Below, piece after piece: positions 37,322 through 47,152 of a stretch of DNA of 56,738 nucleotides. The notes under the pieces were generated by a model that had not been told where the DNA came from, searched no databases, and saw only the letters and a program-made list of their open reading frames with translations. The translations under genes and the position numbers were made by a program. The stretch's first letter is position 1. Each line of letters begins with the position of its first letter. The stretch is from positions 1-56,738 of the IMG/VR virus record IMGVR_UViG_3300008952_000057; one strand, 5' to 3'. The stretch is from a virus. Lineage: Duplodnaviria; Caudoviricetes.

Positions 37322-37535
37322 AGTAAAAGAGCCTAGGTGGAGTATAATCAATAAAGTCTATGACGAGTTAGATAAAGTGTTAACTGAAGCCATTACTAAA
37401 GATGAATTAATCTTCCTTGAAATTCGGATTATTATGATGATGTTGAAGGAAAAAATTGACGAGAATAAATTACAAGCATTTCTCATGTATCTAAAAGATG
37501 AGTCAGTTACAGAAACGTCTAATATCTACAAATAA
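37305..37535 (+). CDS. Hypothetical protein
   Basis: 76-aa helical ORF. Confidence 0.55.
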   Translation: MSEEPEVKEPRWSIINKVYDELDKVLTEAITKDELIFLEIRIIMMMLKEKIDENKLQAFLMYLKDESVTETSNIYK

Positions 37536-37558
37536 TCTGTACACTAAAAATTTTAATT

Positions 37559-37966
37559 TTAAATGTTTTTTTCAAGAGAAAGAACACTCTTTATTTCCGA
37601 AAATGAGTCTTCATTTTTCATATTTTTAAACAAAATAGGACATTCGTCCTTCCATAAGTCAATTACAATACAATTATTCCATTCTAACGTCTTTTTTTGC
37701 ACTAAGTCACGCTGTTGCGTATGAAAACCTTTATGATGGTCGTCTTGAACCCTAAATACTATTGTTCTATTGTTTTGTGATATAACTATGTCTAATGTCT
37801 CTTTTTCTTGTCTTTCTGATACTGTATCTAGCCATTCAGGTTCTAATAGTGATGTAAATTTTACCTGTGTAGAGTATTCTGCCTCTTCACCAAAAATATC
37901 TCGAAGTATTTCTAATGCTACCTCTTCTCCATCTCCTATGAACTCACCTTTTTCATTTACTTTCAT
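37559..37966 (-). CDS. Vsr/DUF559-like PD-(D/E)XK endonuclease
   Basis: GE..A..IL, TLDIVI...IVFRVQDDHH, Q.RD...K...L....VIDLW. Confidence 0.65.
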   Translation of the reverse strand: MKVNEKGEFIGDGEEVALEILRDIFGEEAEYSTQVKFTSLLEPEWLDTVSERQEKETLDIVISQNNRTIVFRVQDDHHKGFHTQQRDLVQKKTLEWNNCIVIDLWKDECPILFKNMKNEDSFSEIKSVLSLEKNI

Positions 37967-38300
37967 ATTTTCTCACTCTTACCTCCCATTTTTTACCCTT
38001 ACCCTTTACGTTGATTATTAACACTATTAAATCCTTTCTGTCTATAAGCCAATCTTTTATTTCTTTTTCAGATGCCCATGCATTAGTTTTTATTTGTAAA
38101 AATACGACTACACCCTCATCATTGAAACAGATGCCATCAAAAAGATTCCATAAATCCAATGCTCGATACCATTCACCCCTAGTATATACTAAATCATGTC
38201 TTCTACCATGTGCTTTTAACCAGATATCATCATAATCATTTTCTAATAACCATAGAACAGCTTTCCTATTTGAAAATCGCATCCTTTGTCTAGGGTTCAT
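37953..38300 (-). CDS. Archaeal-type Holliday junction resolvase (Hjc-like)
   Basis: FDGICF...VVFLQIKT, ~115 aa, next to RadA. Confidence 0.65.
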   Translation of the reverse strand: MNPRQRMRFSNRKAVLWLLENDYDDIWLKAHGRRHDLVYTRGEWYRALDLWNLFDGICFNDEGVVVFLQIKTNAWASEKEIKDWLIDRKDLIVLIINVKGKGKKWEVRVRKYESK

Positions 38301-38430
38301 AATTAAATTGGCAAGGCATCAATGCTGGTACAAGACAACCATGTCATGTTTTCGAGTCTAGTGTTATCACAAACCTTATAATATGAATCTAGCCTTACCA
38401 TAAAGATTAAAAATACAACGTTAATATAAA

Positions 38431-39513
38431 CTATTCTATGTCTTCAATACCTTTTGCTGTTAAAGCAAACTCAGCATCAATCTGTGCGTGTTCAGGTGAA
38501 TCTACCATTCTAGCTATCCTTTTTTTACCTGATTTCTTAAAGTATACTCTATATGTTGATGCATGTCCTACTACATTACCACCTATAGGTTTTATAGGAT
38601 CACCAAACATGATAGCAGGGTCACTTTGTACTTGGTTGGTAAATAATACTGTGCAATTAAAGTAAAATGATATGTTTTTCAGGTGTGTCATTAATCGTGC
38701 AATTTGATTTTGTCTTTCTGATAAGGTACCCCTGCCTAAATACTCCTCTCTGAATTGACCTATAGCACCATCTAATATTATAATTCTAGGTTTTACCTTC
38801 TGTATACTGTCTGATAGAGCATTAATAGTACCCATTAGTTGTTCTGTGTTTGGTGTATAAATATATGAAATTCTCTCAAGGAACTTAGTTGCCTCAGACT
38901 TATCTTCAATGTAACCTCTAGCCATAAGTATTTCTATTACTCTTCTTGGTCTAAAAGTATCTTCACAGTCAATCCATATTACATTTTGTTCATCATGAAT
39001 AGCTTCAACTGTTAGTGAGTTACAGAACTGTGTTTTTCCTGAACCGAAAGCACCATATACTTCATAGGTACATTCAGGTATAAGACCACCACCAAATAGA
39101 TTATCTACCTCTACAGATGTTTTTGTTCCTAGTTTAGGTAGGTTTTCTTGATACTTTAACAGTTCTATGGTTGTCATATCAGACCTTCTAATTAAATTAT
39201 TATTTTCAAGTATTTTTTGAGATTCAAACACCCATTGTATTGCTTTTGATTTTGCAACCCCTGTTATTTCTTCTACTTCTTTTGCTCCTCTTATACATAT
39301 ATCATATAAAGAATTAACACCAAATGAAGTTAATTTCTTCTCAGTCTGAGCTCCAACACCTTCTAATTGTGTAACACTTAAATCTAATTCAGGTACTTCT
39401 GTTTGCCTCTCTGGATTTTGTGAAAAATCATTATCTGCATCACCTATTTTTGCTGCTTCAAAATCTGGATCAACTTCTACTTCTGACACATCCTTCTTTT
39501 TCTTCACTGCCAT
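38431..39513 (-). CDS. radA: DNA repair/recombination protein RadA
   Basis: N-terminal HhH (LEGVGA), GAFGSGKTQ, IDCEDTFRP and KPIGGNVVGHASTYR. Confidence 0.95.
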   Translation of the reverse strand: MAVKKKKDVSEVEVDPDFEAAKIGDADNDFSQNPERQTEVPELDLSVTQLEGVGAQTEKKLTSFGVNSLYDICIRGAKEVEEITGVAKSKAIQWVFESQKILENNNLIRRSDMTTIELLKYQENLPKLGTKTSVEVDNLFGGGLIPECTYEVYGAFGSGKTQFCNSLTVEAIHDEQNVIWIDCEDTFRPRRVIEILMARGYIEDKSEATKFLERISYIYTPNTEQLMGTINALSDSIQKVKPRIIILDGAIGQFREEYLGRGTLSERQNQIARLMTHLKNISFYFNCTVLFTNQVQSDPAIMFGDPIKPIGGNVVGHASTYRVYFKKSGKKRIARMVDSPEHAQIDAEFALTAKGIEDIE

Positions 39514-39519
39514 ATAAAT

Positions 39520-41511
39520 CTATCCTTTAGTTTTTGTGTACCAATTTCCATCGACTTTTTTGATAATACAATTCTGTTCCCATCTAGCAAATATTTTTCT
39601 TGCATCTTCTTCAGACATGTTATCTTCCATCTCCATAAGTTTGTAAAAATGTGATTCTTTAACTCGTCCATTCTCATTTTCTAATGATTTCCATACCCTA
39701 TAAGCTTTCTGTTCTTTAGATTCTGACTTGGTAGCACCTGTAAGTTTACTTTGATCAAATTTCTTTGAGGTATCTAAATTAATATCAAAATTAGCATACA
39801 TTTCTTTTATAATATTCTCAACTGCTAGCACATCTTCAATTAATACTTCATCTCTAAAAAACATCTTTGCGTGGGCTGTGCTTAATCTAACTATTGCCTC
39901 TAACTGTCTAGTTCCTATAGCAATTGAATCACTATTCTTTGACATTCCTCTCATTGTTTCATACATATGTAAAATTTTATTCTTTGTGACATCAATCATC
40001 TTTGGATTTAATTTTCTAATATGATTTATGTAAGCAGTGAGTTGTTCTTTAGTCATATAACAGGAGGTGGTTTTGTCTGGGTTAATATATGATGTGAGTA
40101 TATGTTCTGCTTTCTTATTATCAGTGAACTGTTCTATCTCATCCTTGATTAACCATATCAAATCAAATCTTGACAGTAATGGGGTTGGCATATTTATGTT
40201 GGTTGCTAAAGATTCATCAGGATCATACTTACCAAACTTTGGATTGGCTGCTGCGAGTATTGTGGTTTTTGCCTCAAGTGTTATCCTAAACCCTGCCTTT
40301 GCTATACTACATTGTTGTTGTTCCATCACTTCGTTAAGTCCTGATTGATCTTGTTCTTTCATATGCCCTGCCTCATCTATAAAACAAAATCCTTTATTAC
40401 ATTGTGGACAGGCTCCAGCTTTGGCATATAATTTACCGTTATCTTCTTTGACTATACCTATTGTTAATCCTACAGTAGAACTACCTTTACCTGATACATA
40501 CATTGAACGTGGTGTAACCTTCTCTGCAAATTTAAGTATCTCTGACTTTGCAACTGATGGATCTCCAACAAGAAGTATGTGACTATCCCCTCTTCTTAAA
40601 CTGTTTCCACCTTTTGCCAATTGTAAAATGATTGACTCTTTAATAATATTCATACCGTATATGTGTGGAGCAAAACTACTAACTAAATCCTTTTTGAATT
40701 GTTCTGCATCTTTACTATCCTCTTTAAACTTTTTCAAATCATCTTCAGATAATTCTAATTCTTTTGACTCATCTAAATCTTCAGATGCGATAACATCTAT
40801 GATTAAATTATGTATGTTTTCTTTAAGGTCAAAGACCGAACGATAAATACCTGTGATTCTTTTTCGCTGACCTATAAATATCTCACGAATCATATCACCT
40901 GTAACAACACCTTCTAATGTGACTGGAGAACTGTGAAGTGAAGTGTCCATTGGTTCTCCTAATAATACCGTCATGATATTTTCAGTTTTAACTGTCTCCC
41001 TATCTACTTCTAATTTATGTCTCTTACAAGATGAATTAGTACAAATCATAATAGGAATTTTCTTATCAATATCACATTTAGAATCAAAATCATTACCACA
41101 TAAAGGACAACGTAAAGTACAGGTTTTTATATAAGATTTTGGTGACTCGGATGCTATTACTTCACAATCAAATGTAACCATGGCACCCTCATGATCTGTT
41201 GCATTTAGATCATGCATTAATAATATATGTTCATCTGTTAACTTAACCTGAAGTTTTCTAAACGTGTGTTTTACATCAAATTTTGCACCATATTTCTCCT
41301 CTAAAATAATAAGAATACATTGTTTAACATTATCAATAAATTCTCTTGTTTCTTTAAAGTCACAATAAATATCAATGAAGGGTTTTTTAGCTATGTTAAC
41401 TGATAAACTACCGTTAGGTCTTAGACTATCAATCATATTAGTCCACATTGGTTTACGAAATTCTTCTAATAATCTATCACGTAAAGCAGACTGTGTATAC
41501 ATATGACTCAT
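39520..41511 (-). CDS. mcm: MCM replicative helicase
   Basis: Zn finger CPLC...C....C, GDPSVAKS, IDE, MEQQ, AAANPKFG, LLSRFD and TRQLEAIVRL. Confidence 0.95.
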   Translation of the reverse strand: MSHMYTQSALRDRLLEEFRKPMWTNMIDSLRPNGSLSVNIAKKPFIDIYCDFKETREFIDNVKQCILIILEEKYGAKFDVKHTFRKLQVKLTDEHILLMHDLNATDHEGAMVTFDCEVIASESPKSYIKTCTLRCPLCGNDFDSKCDIDKKIPIMICTNSSCKRHKLEVDRETVKTENIMTVLLGEPMDTSLHSSPVTLEGVVTGDMIREIFIGQRKRITGIYRSVFDLKENIHNLIIDVIASEDLDESKELELSEDDLKKFKEDSKDAEQFKKDLVSSFAPHIYGMNIIKESIILQLAKGGNSLRRGDSHILLVGDPSVAKSEILKFAEKVTPRSMYVSGKGSSTVGLTIGIVKEDNGKLYAKAGACPQCNKGFCFIDEAGHMKEQDQSGLNEVMEQQQCSIAKAGFRITLEAKTTILAAANPKFGKYDPDESLATNINMPTPLLSRFDLIWLIKDEIEQFTDNKKAEHILTSYINPDKTTSCYMTKEQLTAYINHIRKLNPKMIDVTKNKILHMYETMRGMSKNSDSIAIGTRQLEAIVRLSTAHAKMFFRDEVLIEDVLAVENIIKEMYANFDINLDTSKKFDQSKLTGATKSESKEQKAYRVWKSLENENGRVKESHFYKLMEMEDNMSEEDARKIFARWEQNCIIKKVDGNWYTKTKG

Positions 41512-41792
41512 AAGAATTTACTCACCCTCATGTTTAATAAATTCCCAATCTGTTGATAATGTTTCTGTGCATCGATAAGTTCTTGTCCTTCTAACTTATT
41601 AATCTTTTTACTAATCTCATCAATCGTATCAAAAAGAGAATTTGTATCTGGTTCCAGTTTCTTTTTATTTTTTAGAAAAAAACTTGATGCTATAATTAGT
41701 GATGTACTTAATGGTTTTCCTGTTTCATTCTTTAATCTTTTTAGAACTTTTTCTCCATTAAAATCACATGATATACATTTTACTATTGGCAT
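41508..41792 (-). CDS. Hypothetical protein, possibly RHH-like regulator
   Basis: 94 aa, coupled to mcm, with a strand-helix-helix-like N-terminus. Confidence 0.5.
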   Translation of the reverse strand: MPIVKCISCDFNGEKVLKRLKNETGKPLSTSLIIASSFFLKNKKKLEPDTNSLFDTIDEISKKINKLEGQELIDAQKHYQQIGNLLNMRVSKFL

Positions 41793-41871
41793 ACAAGTGT
41801 GTTGTAGTTTTGTAATATAAATCTAACTAATATTATTTAATTATATATATATATAAATATAATATATTTTA

Positions 41872-42009
41872 TCAGCTATGTTCTGATTTAAACCAAGTTA
41901 CTATTCCTTTATTCTCTAGTTGTTCGGACATTCTGGTTGCTTTTGTTACTGGTAATAAAGTCTTCAAAGTCTTTCCATCTTCCTTTTTCCAACAGAGATA
42001 AATGAACAT
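41872..42009 (-). CDS. Hypothetical micro-protein
   Basis: MFIYLCWKKEDGK..., the likely true start within track ORF 41872..42120. Confidence 0.45.
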   Translation of the reverse strand: MFIYLCWKKEDGKTLKTLLPVTKATRMSEQLENKGIVTWFKSEHS

Positions 42010-42067
42010 AGAGTTTGTTTTGTGGAAGGGTAATTTAAAGATAACTGAATATAATTGGAAATATATT

Positions 42068-42334
42068 TTATTTAATCCTTGTAAATATATGTGCCATGGT
42101 ACTACCGTTTTTTGTTTCAACCTTACCGTTTCTCATATCAAGTATGCCTTCTTCCGTCAACTCTATTAATATATCCTTAACTCTTCTCGGATGTTTATCT
42201 AAAGATTTTGCAACCAATGAACAAACTGTTGGTTTACCTACAGGTAGGTGTTCTAAGATTAACTCTCTGGTGGTCTTAGACTCCCAGATATCTGAGTCTT
42301 TATCTGTTAGTGTTAGTATTATTTTCTTTTTCAT
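42068..42334 (-). CDS. Winged helix-turn-helix protein
   Basis: ILEHL...S.VAKSL..H...V..IL.EL.EEGIL. Confidence 0.65.
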   Translation of the reverse strand: MKKKIILTLTDKDSDIWESKTTRELILEHLPVGKPTVCSLVAKSLDKHPRRVKDILIELTEEGILDMRNGKVETKNGSTMAHIFTRIK

Positions 42335-42406
42335 AACCCTTCAACCTATATTTAGACCACTTTTTATAACCTTCAACCCCAAATGAATATGACCTATAAC
42401 TTGGCA

Positions 42407-43252
42407 TTATATATGTCTCACCAATGGTTTTAATTCTAATTCTGTAATATGTTTTTGAATTATTACTTCACCGTTTGGTTCTATAATGAATTCCACAGCT
42501 CCTATATCAGGAGTTGTTCCAGCTACACCACCTCTAAACAAATGAGCATCAGGAAATTTCCATGCTGGTGTTGTGCAACCATGTGTATTTGTAAACTCTA
42601 CATGAACAAAATAGTGAACGTGACTTCTTACTATAACATCTGACTTGTGTAATTTATTATTCTCAAATACCATACCAGCCATCTCTCTCGCCAATGCTGT
42701 GGTTCTATAGGCAGCCCATTTATTGAACCCTACATGATGAGTAAAGTTAAAGATTTTACCGTAAGCTTCCACAAAAGCATAGTAATCAGTATATCCATTA
42801 CCACCATATGCTTTATATTTTAAAGCTCCCATTCTACTTGCAATTATTTCTTCAATATTTGTTCCATCTAACTGAACGTGATATCCTGAACCTCTTGTAA
42901 ATAGAATATTATCATATCTGTGAACTTTCATTAATTTCATAAAGTCTTCTGCTTGATCCCATAAATTTGTAGTCCATGACTGTTGCCCAGACCCTTTTCT
43001 ATTGGCTCCATCAACAGGCTCACCATTTATAACTATTAAATCTGTTTTCTTTTTTGATAATGAATCTGGTATAGATTCCCATATTGACCAAAGTGTTTTC
43101 TGTAATTTGTTTGGTTTGTATGTGGTATTCTGATCAACTATTTCAGGATCAGGTGAACAAACTGCTGTTGTAGCACCACCATGAACATCTGCTATATTCA
43201 CAATTGTTTTTGAGGAACCTTGTCTACCACTTAACTTTAAACTTGATGTCAT
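42407..43252 (-). CDS. Calcineurin-like metallophosphoesterase
   Basis: ADVHGG, NGEPVDG, RGSGYH, THH and RSHVH. Confidence 0.8.
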   Translation of the reverse strand: MTSSLKLSGRQGSSKTIVNIADVHGGATTAVCSPDPEIVDQNTTYKPNKLQKTLWSIWESIPDSLSKKKTDLIVINGEPVDGANRKGSGQQSWTTNLWDQAEDFMKLMKVHRYDNILFTRGSGYHVQLDGTNIEEIIASRMGALKYKAYGGNGYTDYYAFVEAYGKIFNFTHHVGFNKWAAYRTTALAREMAGMVFENNKLHKSDVIVRSHVHYFVHVEFTNTHGCTTPAWKFPDAHLFRGGVAGTTPDIGAVEFIIEPNGEVIIQKHITELELKPLVRHI

Positions 43253-43265
43253 ATCAAATCATTTG

Positions 43266-43529
43266 TCATCCATCATATAAACGTTGTTGTTTATTTACTT
43301 CTTTTGGTTCTGCATTTCTTTTCTTTTTCATTGCACGTTTATGAGCTTCAAATCTTGCTCTATCTTCTGGTGAATCAGTCAGGTGATGTATACATGGATT
43401 GTTTAGTAAATAAAATGATTGACAATCATCACAAAACAATTTTTTATTTTTCATTTTATTCATGGATTTATCAAGACCTTCGTTTTTTTTTCTCCACTTT
43501 CCATTAGGAAGTTTTTCCCAATCAATCAT
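43266..43529 (-). CDS. Zinc-binding hypothetical protein
   Basis: MIDWEKLPNG...FCDDC...PCIHH. Confidence 0.55.
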   Translation of the reverse strand: MIDWEKLPNGKWRKKNEGLDKSMNKMKNKKLFCDDCQSFYLLNNPCIHHLTDSPEDRARFEAHKRAMKKKRNAEPKEVNKQQRLYDG

Positions 43530-43620
43530 TACATTTACACTTTGCTTTTGGTACCAACCCACGAGTTCCTTCTATCCATTCTACATCTACCTCTGACTGG
43601 CATTTTTTACAATTCTTCAT
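43522..43620 (-). CDS. 32-aa Cys-rich micro-protein
   Basis: MKNCKKC...KCKC. Confidence 0.5.
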   Translation of the reverse strand: MKNCKKCQSEVDVEWIEGTRGLVPKAKCKCND

Positions 43621-43656
43621 GTTTGTATATAGACATTCTTTACAATATAAGCGTTT

Positions 43657-44514
43657 CTAATAACACCCATTTGATTCAAGACCTCCTCTAATAAAGAGAC
43701 AGTGGTCAGGTAACCATACTGGATTTGGTTTACTAAAACCATCCATACCATAGATTTGTGATAACATAAATTTATCAGAGATAGTAACTTCAAAGACCTG
43801 ATCCGTTTTGAATGGGTCTAACGATGGTGTCATAGCTGAACGTAAATGTTCAAATCCTTTAGCTTCTGGAAACTCACCAGCTTCATAATGTCTTAATCCT
43901 AACCCATGACCGAACTCATGAAGGACTATATTATAGACTGCATTAAGAGGTAACTCTTTCTTTGCTAGAGTAAGTGTGAATTCAGTAAGACCTGTCTCTG
44001 GGTTTTTCTTTGCATCTTCTAAATTTAATACTATATTATTATGTTGTGTATGATGTAAGAAAACTGTTATGTAAAAAAACTTATGGGAACTTTTTCTAAA
44101 ATCAACACCTGCATGACCAAGTGCTTGACTATCATTATCTGTATTCTCATATTCATATGTTAAGAAAACAGTACAATGTCTATAATCATCAGGGGTTTTA
44201 TTCTCATGTTCTTCAAAAGGAACTGTGCTATGAATTCTCATCGACCAATCACCTTCAGGTGCAAATTCAGTCATTGCTATTTGCCAATCTAATAATGCTT
44301 TCCAAGACTGATATTGAACATTAGTCCAATAGATATAATCCACCCTACTTGTATCAGGTTCAAATAAACACACATGTGGATTTGTATTATGTCTAACTCC
44401 AAGGGTCTCATACTTATCACCATTTTGTGGATATTGACCAAATGCTGTTACTAAAGATACTGTTGATAATGAAGATACTAACAATACTATAGATACTAAT
44501 CTTAATATGTTCAT
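43657..44514 (-). CDS. Secreted metzincin (matrixin/M10-like) metalloprotease
   Basis: Signal peptide, HEFGHGLGLRH and Met-turn SAMTP. Confidence 0.85.
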   Translation of the reverse strand: MNILRLVSIVLLVSSLSTVSLVTAFGQYPQNGDKYETLGVRHNTNPHVCLFEPDTSRVDYIYWTNVQYQSWKALLDWQIAMTEFAPEGDWSMRIHSTVPFEEHENKTPDDYRHCTVFLTYEYENTDNDSQALGHAGVDFRKSSHKFFYITVFLHHTQHNNIVLNLEDAKKNPETGLTEFTLTLAKKELPLNAVYNIVLHEFGHGLGLRHYEAGEFPEAKGFEHLRSAMTPSLDPFKTDQVFEVTISDKFMLSQIYGMDGFSKPNPVWLPDHCLFIRGGLESNGCY

Positions 44515-44536
44515 GTTTAATCTTATCTTTTTATCT

Positions 44537-44550
44537 TATAAAGATTTATA
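44537..44550. promoter_or_regulatory. Back-to-back TATA boxes (bidirectional promoter)
   Basis: TATAAAGATTTATA: 22 nt to ATG 44514 (-) and 23 nt to ATG 44574 (+). Confidence 0.7.
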
Positions 44551-44573
44551 TTGAGGTGTTAAAAACCATCTAT

Positions 44574-44969
44574 ATGGGTACAACTATAAAGGCAAAGTTT
44601 GTAGGTAATTGTAAAATATGTGGTGCTGATTGGGCTATAGGCGAATCAATTTTTTATCAGAAATTACCTAAAGCAATATGTAGTGAAAAGGAATGTTTTG
44701 ATGAACAGGGTGGTAAATTAGATACAAGAAACTCATATCAAAAGAAGAGTGAAGAGACAATTGTAGCAAAAATACCAGAGATAGTTGCATCCGATAGTAT
44801 AAAAGAGATAGGTGAGCATCACCAAATGTTTTTTGTAACTGCTAATGCTCTAGCTAAATCATATTATCCTGAACAGGATGTTAACTCACATGTGTTTGGA
44901 CAGATACGTTCTAAAATTTTAGATCAATTAATTGCATTATCACATCTTATGAGGGTACAAGATGAGTAA
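44574..44969 (+). CDS. Hypothetical protein with N-terminal zinc finger
   Basis: IKAKF.G.CKICG...GE.I.Y...C...C. Confidence 0.65.
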   Translation: MGTTIKAKFVGNCKICGADWAIGESIFYQKLPKAICSEKECFDEQGGKLDTRNSYQKKSEETIVAKIPEIVASDSIKEIGEHHQMFFVTANALAKSYYPEQDVNSHVFGQIRSKILDQLIALSHLMRVQDE

Positions 44970-45126
44970 AAAGAAACAAGATAAAAAACCAGAGTTAACT
45001 TTCGATGAGTTACTAAAAAAGTATAAGGAATTAGTTGCACTTCATAACAAAGTTCTAGACATGGTAGAAAAATCTTCTTTGGAAATAGTTTTATTCTGTA
45101 AAAAGAATCAAATCAATCTCCAATAA
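44962..45126 (+). CDS. 54-aa hypothetical protein
   Basis: MSKKKQDKKPELTFDELL... Confidence 0.55.
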   Translation: MSKKKQDKKPELTFDELLKKYKELVALHNKVLDMVEKSSLEIVLFCKKNQINLQ

Positions 45127-45157
45127 CATTTATATTAGTAGATATTAACACACTTGT

Positions 45158-45808
45158 ATGAAAACAATAACTATTATTGGTCTTCTTCTATTAGCACCAT
45201 TAATTGGGTTTGCATATGCAGAAGAATTCACAGTAGAGTTAAGCATAGAGGATGGTTTTACACCACAATATCTTAATGCAACACATGGCGACAAAGTGAC
45301 ATTCATTATTAGAGATGGTGAAGCACATGATGTTTCTAATCCATGGTATGGTGGGCATAACTTCTTGAACCATGATAACCCATCAATCACACATACATTT
45401 GATACTTGTAATACATACAAGTTTGATTCAACATTCTACATTGATGATATATTCACACTTGATGTTGTCAACTGTCCAGTTCCAGAACCAGTTGTTACAA
45501 TACCACAGAATGCAACTGTTACACCACCAACGGTATTAATAGAAACCGACCCACATGAAAACGGATTCACTGGTTGGAAGAATGAGGGAACTGAAATGGT
45601 AGCATATAAAGATGGAATAAGAGTTGCATCGTATGAAATATTTGGTGCTAATACACAAACACCTGAACCAAGAGGTAATCCATTTGATTCTGTTACCGAT
45701 GAGATAGAAGATACAGTAGAAGATACAACAGAGACAGCCATCCTCCACCTTAGAATAGAGATAATGAAACTTCTCAAAGGTATATTGGAATTACTCATAA
45801 GAGTATAA
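45158..45808 (+). CDS. Secreted cupredoxin-fold protein with degenerate copper site
   Basis: Signal peptide, F.P..L....GDKVTF...D.EAHDV...THTF....TY.F, then a P/T-rich linker. AACATTTATATT promoter at 45125. Confidence 0.7.
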   Translation: MKTITIIGLLLLAPLIGFAYAEEFTVELSIEDGFTPQYLNATHGDKVTFIIRDGEAHDVSNPWYGGHNFLNHDNPSITHTFDTCNTYKFDSTFYIDDIFTLDVVNCPVPEPVVTIPQNATVTPPTVLIETDPHENGFTGWKNEGTEMVAYKDGIRVASYEIFGANTQTPEPRGNPFDSVTDEIEDTVEDTTETAILHLRIEIMKLLKGILELLIRV

Positions 45809-45856
45809 CCTTCCCTTTTTCTTAACATTTATATGTGAGATAATCTTTCCACAATC

Positions 45857-46204
45857 ATGGTAAATGTATCAGAAGTACTAGATATTGAAAGTAACTTTTC
45901 AGATAGTAAGAACTTATCTTCTGTACCAAAAGGAACTTTACTTCATGTTTTGTCAATGAAGACAAAAGATGTTGAAAGTGTAGGAGCACCTATTGCTGAA
46001 CTTCATTGTAAAGAGGGTGACTTTCATACATATGGTAAAGTTGTAGTTGGTCAAGTTGGTTCTGAACATTGGCAGTTCGCATTAGAGAAATGTCTTGAAA
46101 AGGATGCTTCCGATGGTATGAATGCTTGGGTTACATCCAAAACTGCTACAGGGTCAGGCAAAGAAATGGTTGCCCTTAGCATGTGGGAGGTTCCTAAGCC
46201 ATAA
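45857..46204 (+). CDS. Hypothetical beta-rich protein (possible OB-fold/SSB)
   Basis: 115 aa with its own AACATTTATAT promoter and oligo-T terminator. The fold is a guess. Confidence 0.45.
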   Translation: MVNVSEVLDIESNFSDSKNLSSVPKGTLLHVLSMKTKDVESVGAPIAELHCKEGDFHTYGKVVVGQVGSEHWQFALEKCLEKDASDGMNAWVTSKTATGSGKEMVALSMWEVPKP

Positions 46205-46218
46205 CCCTTTTTTTTATC

Positions 46219-46341
46219 ATGGCTTCTAAAGAAAAATGTGAGAGATGTGGATTTAAAATGAAAGAATTAACAATGTGTCATTTAATATGTGAGAATTGTG
46301 GAGCTCATATGGATTGCTCAGATAAAGGAAGTGTTTGGTAA
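46219..46341 (+). CDS. 40-aa CPxCG-like zinc-finger micro-protein
   Basis: CERCG...CHLICENCG...DCSD. Confidence 0.7.
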   Translation: MASKEKCERCGFKMKELTMCHLICENCGAHMDCSDKGSVW

Positions 46342-46580
46342 TGAACATATGTAAGAATATTTGCGATAATTTACCTACCAAATCATTCACAATGGGATTC
46401 TCCCTTATGGGTGATGGGTGGAAAAAATGTAGAACTTGTTGTATTTCACTTAAGGTTACTGGATTTACATGTCCATGTTGTAAAAGAAAACTATCAACCA
46501 GAGTTAGACAAAGAAAGAATAGAAGTGATAGAGCAAAGAAAGAAACAACATTAAAAGAGATGATAAGAAATGCAAATTAA
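46341..46580 (+). CDS. Zinc-finger protein
   Basis: CKNIC...CRTC...CPCCKRKLSTR. Confidence 0.7.
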   Translation: MNICKNICDNLPTKSFTMGFSLMGDGWKKCRTCCISLKVTGFTCPCCKRKLSTRVRQRKNRSDRAKKETTLKEMIRNAN

Positions 46581-47118
46581 ATTTGAGAACACTTGTAATA
46601 TAGATAAATCTCTCTATGAGAAATTGATACTTGGTTACATATACGATCATTATCATTATAAGGATTATAAAAAATATCAAGTCCAAGATAAATGGACTAT
46701 AACAATTAAGAGAGTGCAAGATTTTGATAGAGGGTTTTATTCATCATCAGGTAAGACTGATGATTTAGATTATTCTATACCTCATGGTGTCACAGGTCAA
46801 GGAACTGTCATATGTTATATAACTGATAGTGATAACCCTCTTATTCTCTTACAAAATATGACTGTAATATGTCATGAATTAGCACATATGATATTAATGA
46901 TATACTATCCAGACAAGTTAACACTACAAAGATATGATGATTTCTATGGTAAGACTGGAACCCAGAGAAAGTTCTTTAGTTCTGAAGTACATGATAGATT
47001 AGCAGAAGGAAAAGTTAGAACCCTAAGCAGAAGGTTAGGTTGGAGAAAGACTATCAGGTATGTCGGTGTTGATATAACTGACATAACAAACAGTAGAAAT
47101 GAAGACAAAGGATTCTAG
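46570..47118 (+). CDS. HEXXH zincin-like protein
   Basis: VICHELAH. Confidence 0.65.
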   Translation: MQIKFENTCNIDKSLYEKLILGYIYDHYHYKDYKKYQVQDKWTITIKRVQDFDRGFYSSSGKTDDLDYSIPHGVTGQGTVICYITDSDNPLILLQNMTVICHELAHMILMIYYPDKLTLQRYDDFYGKTGTQRKFFSSEVHDRLAEGKVRTLSRRLGWRKTIRYVGVDITDITNSRNEDKGF

Positions 47119-47152
47119 AATGATTTATATATAAGAGTTAAGTGATGACAAT

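Noticed and set aside
39520-41511. Intein in MCM, RadA or terminase
   Set aside because: Lengths are normal and I saw no C/S...HN splice motifs interrupting the Walker regions.
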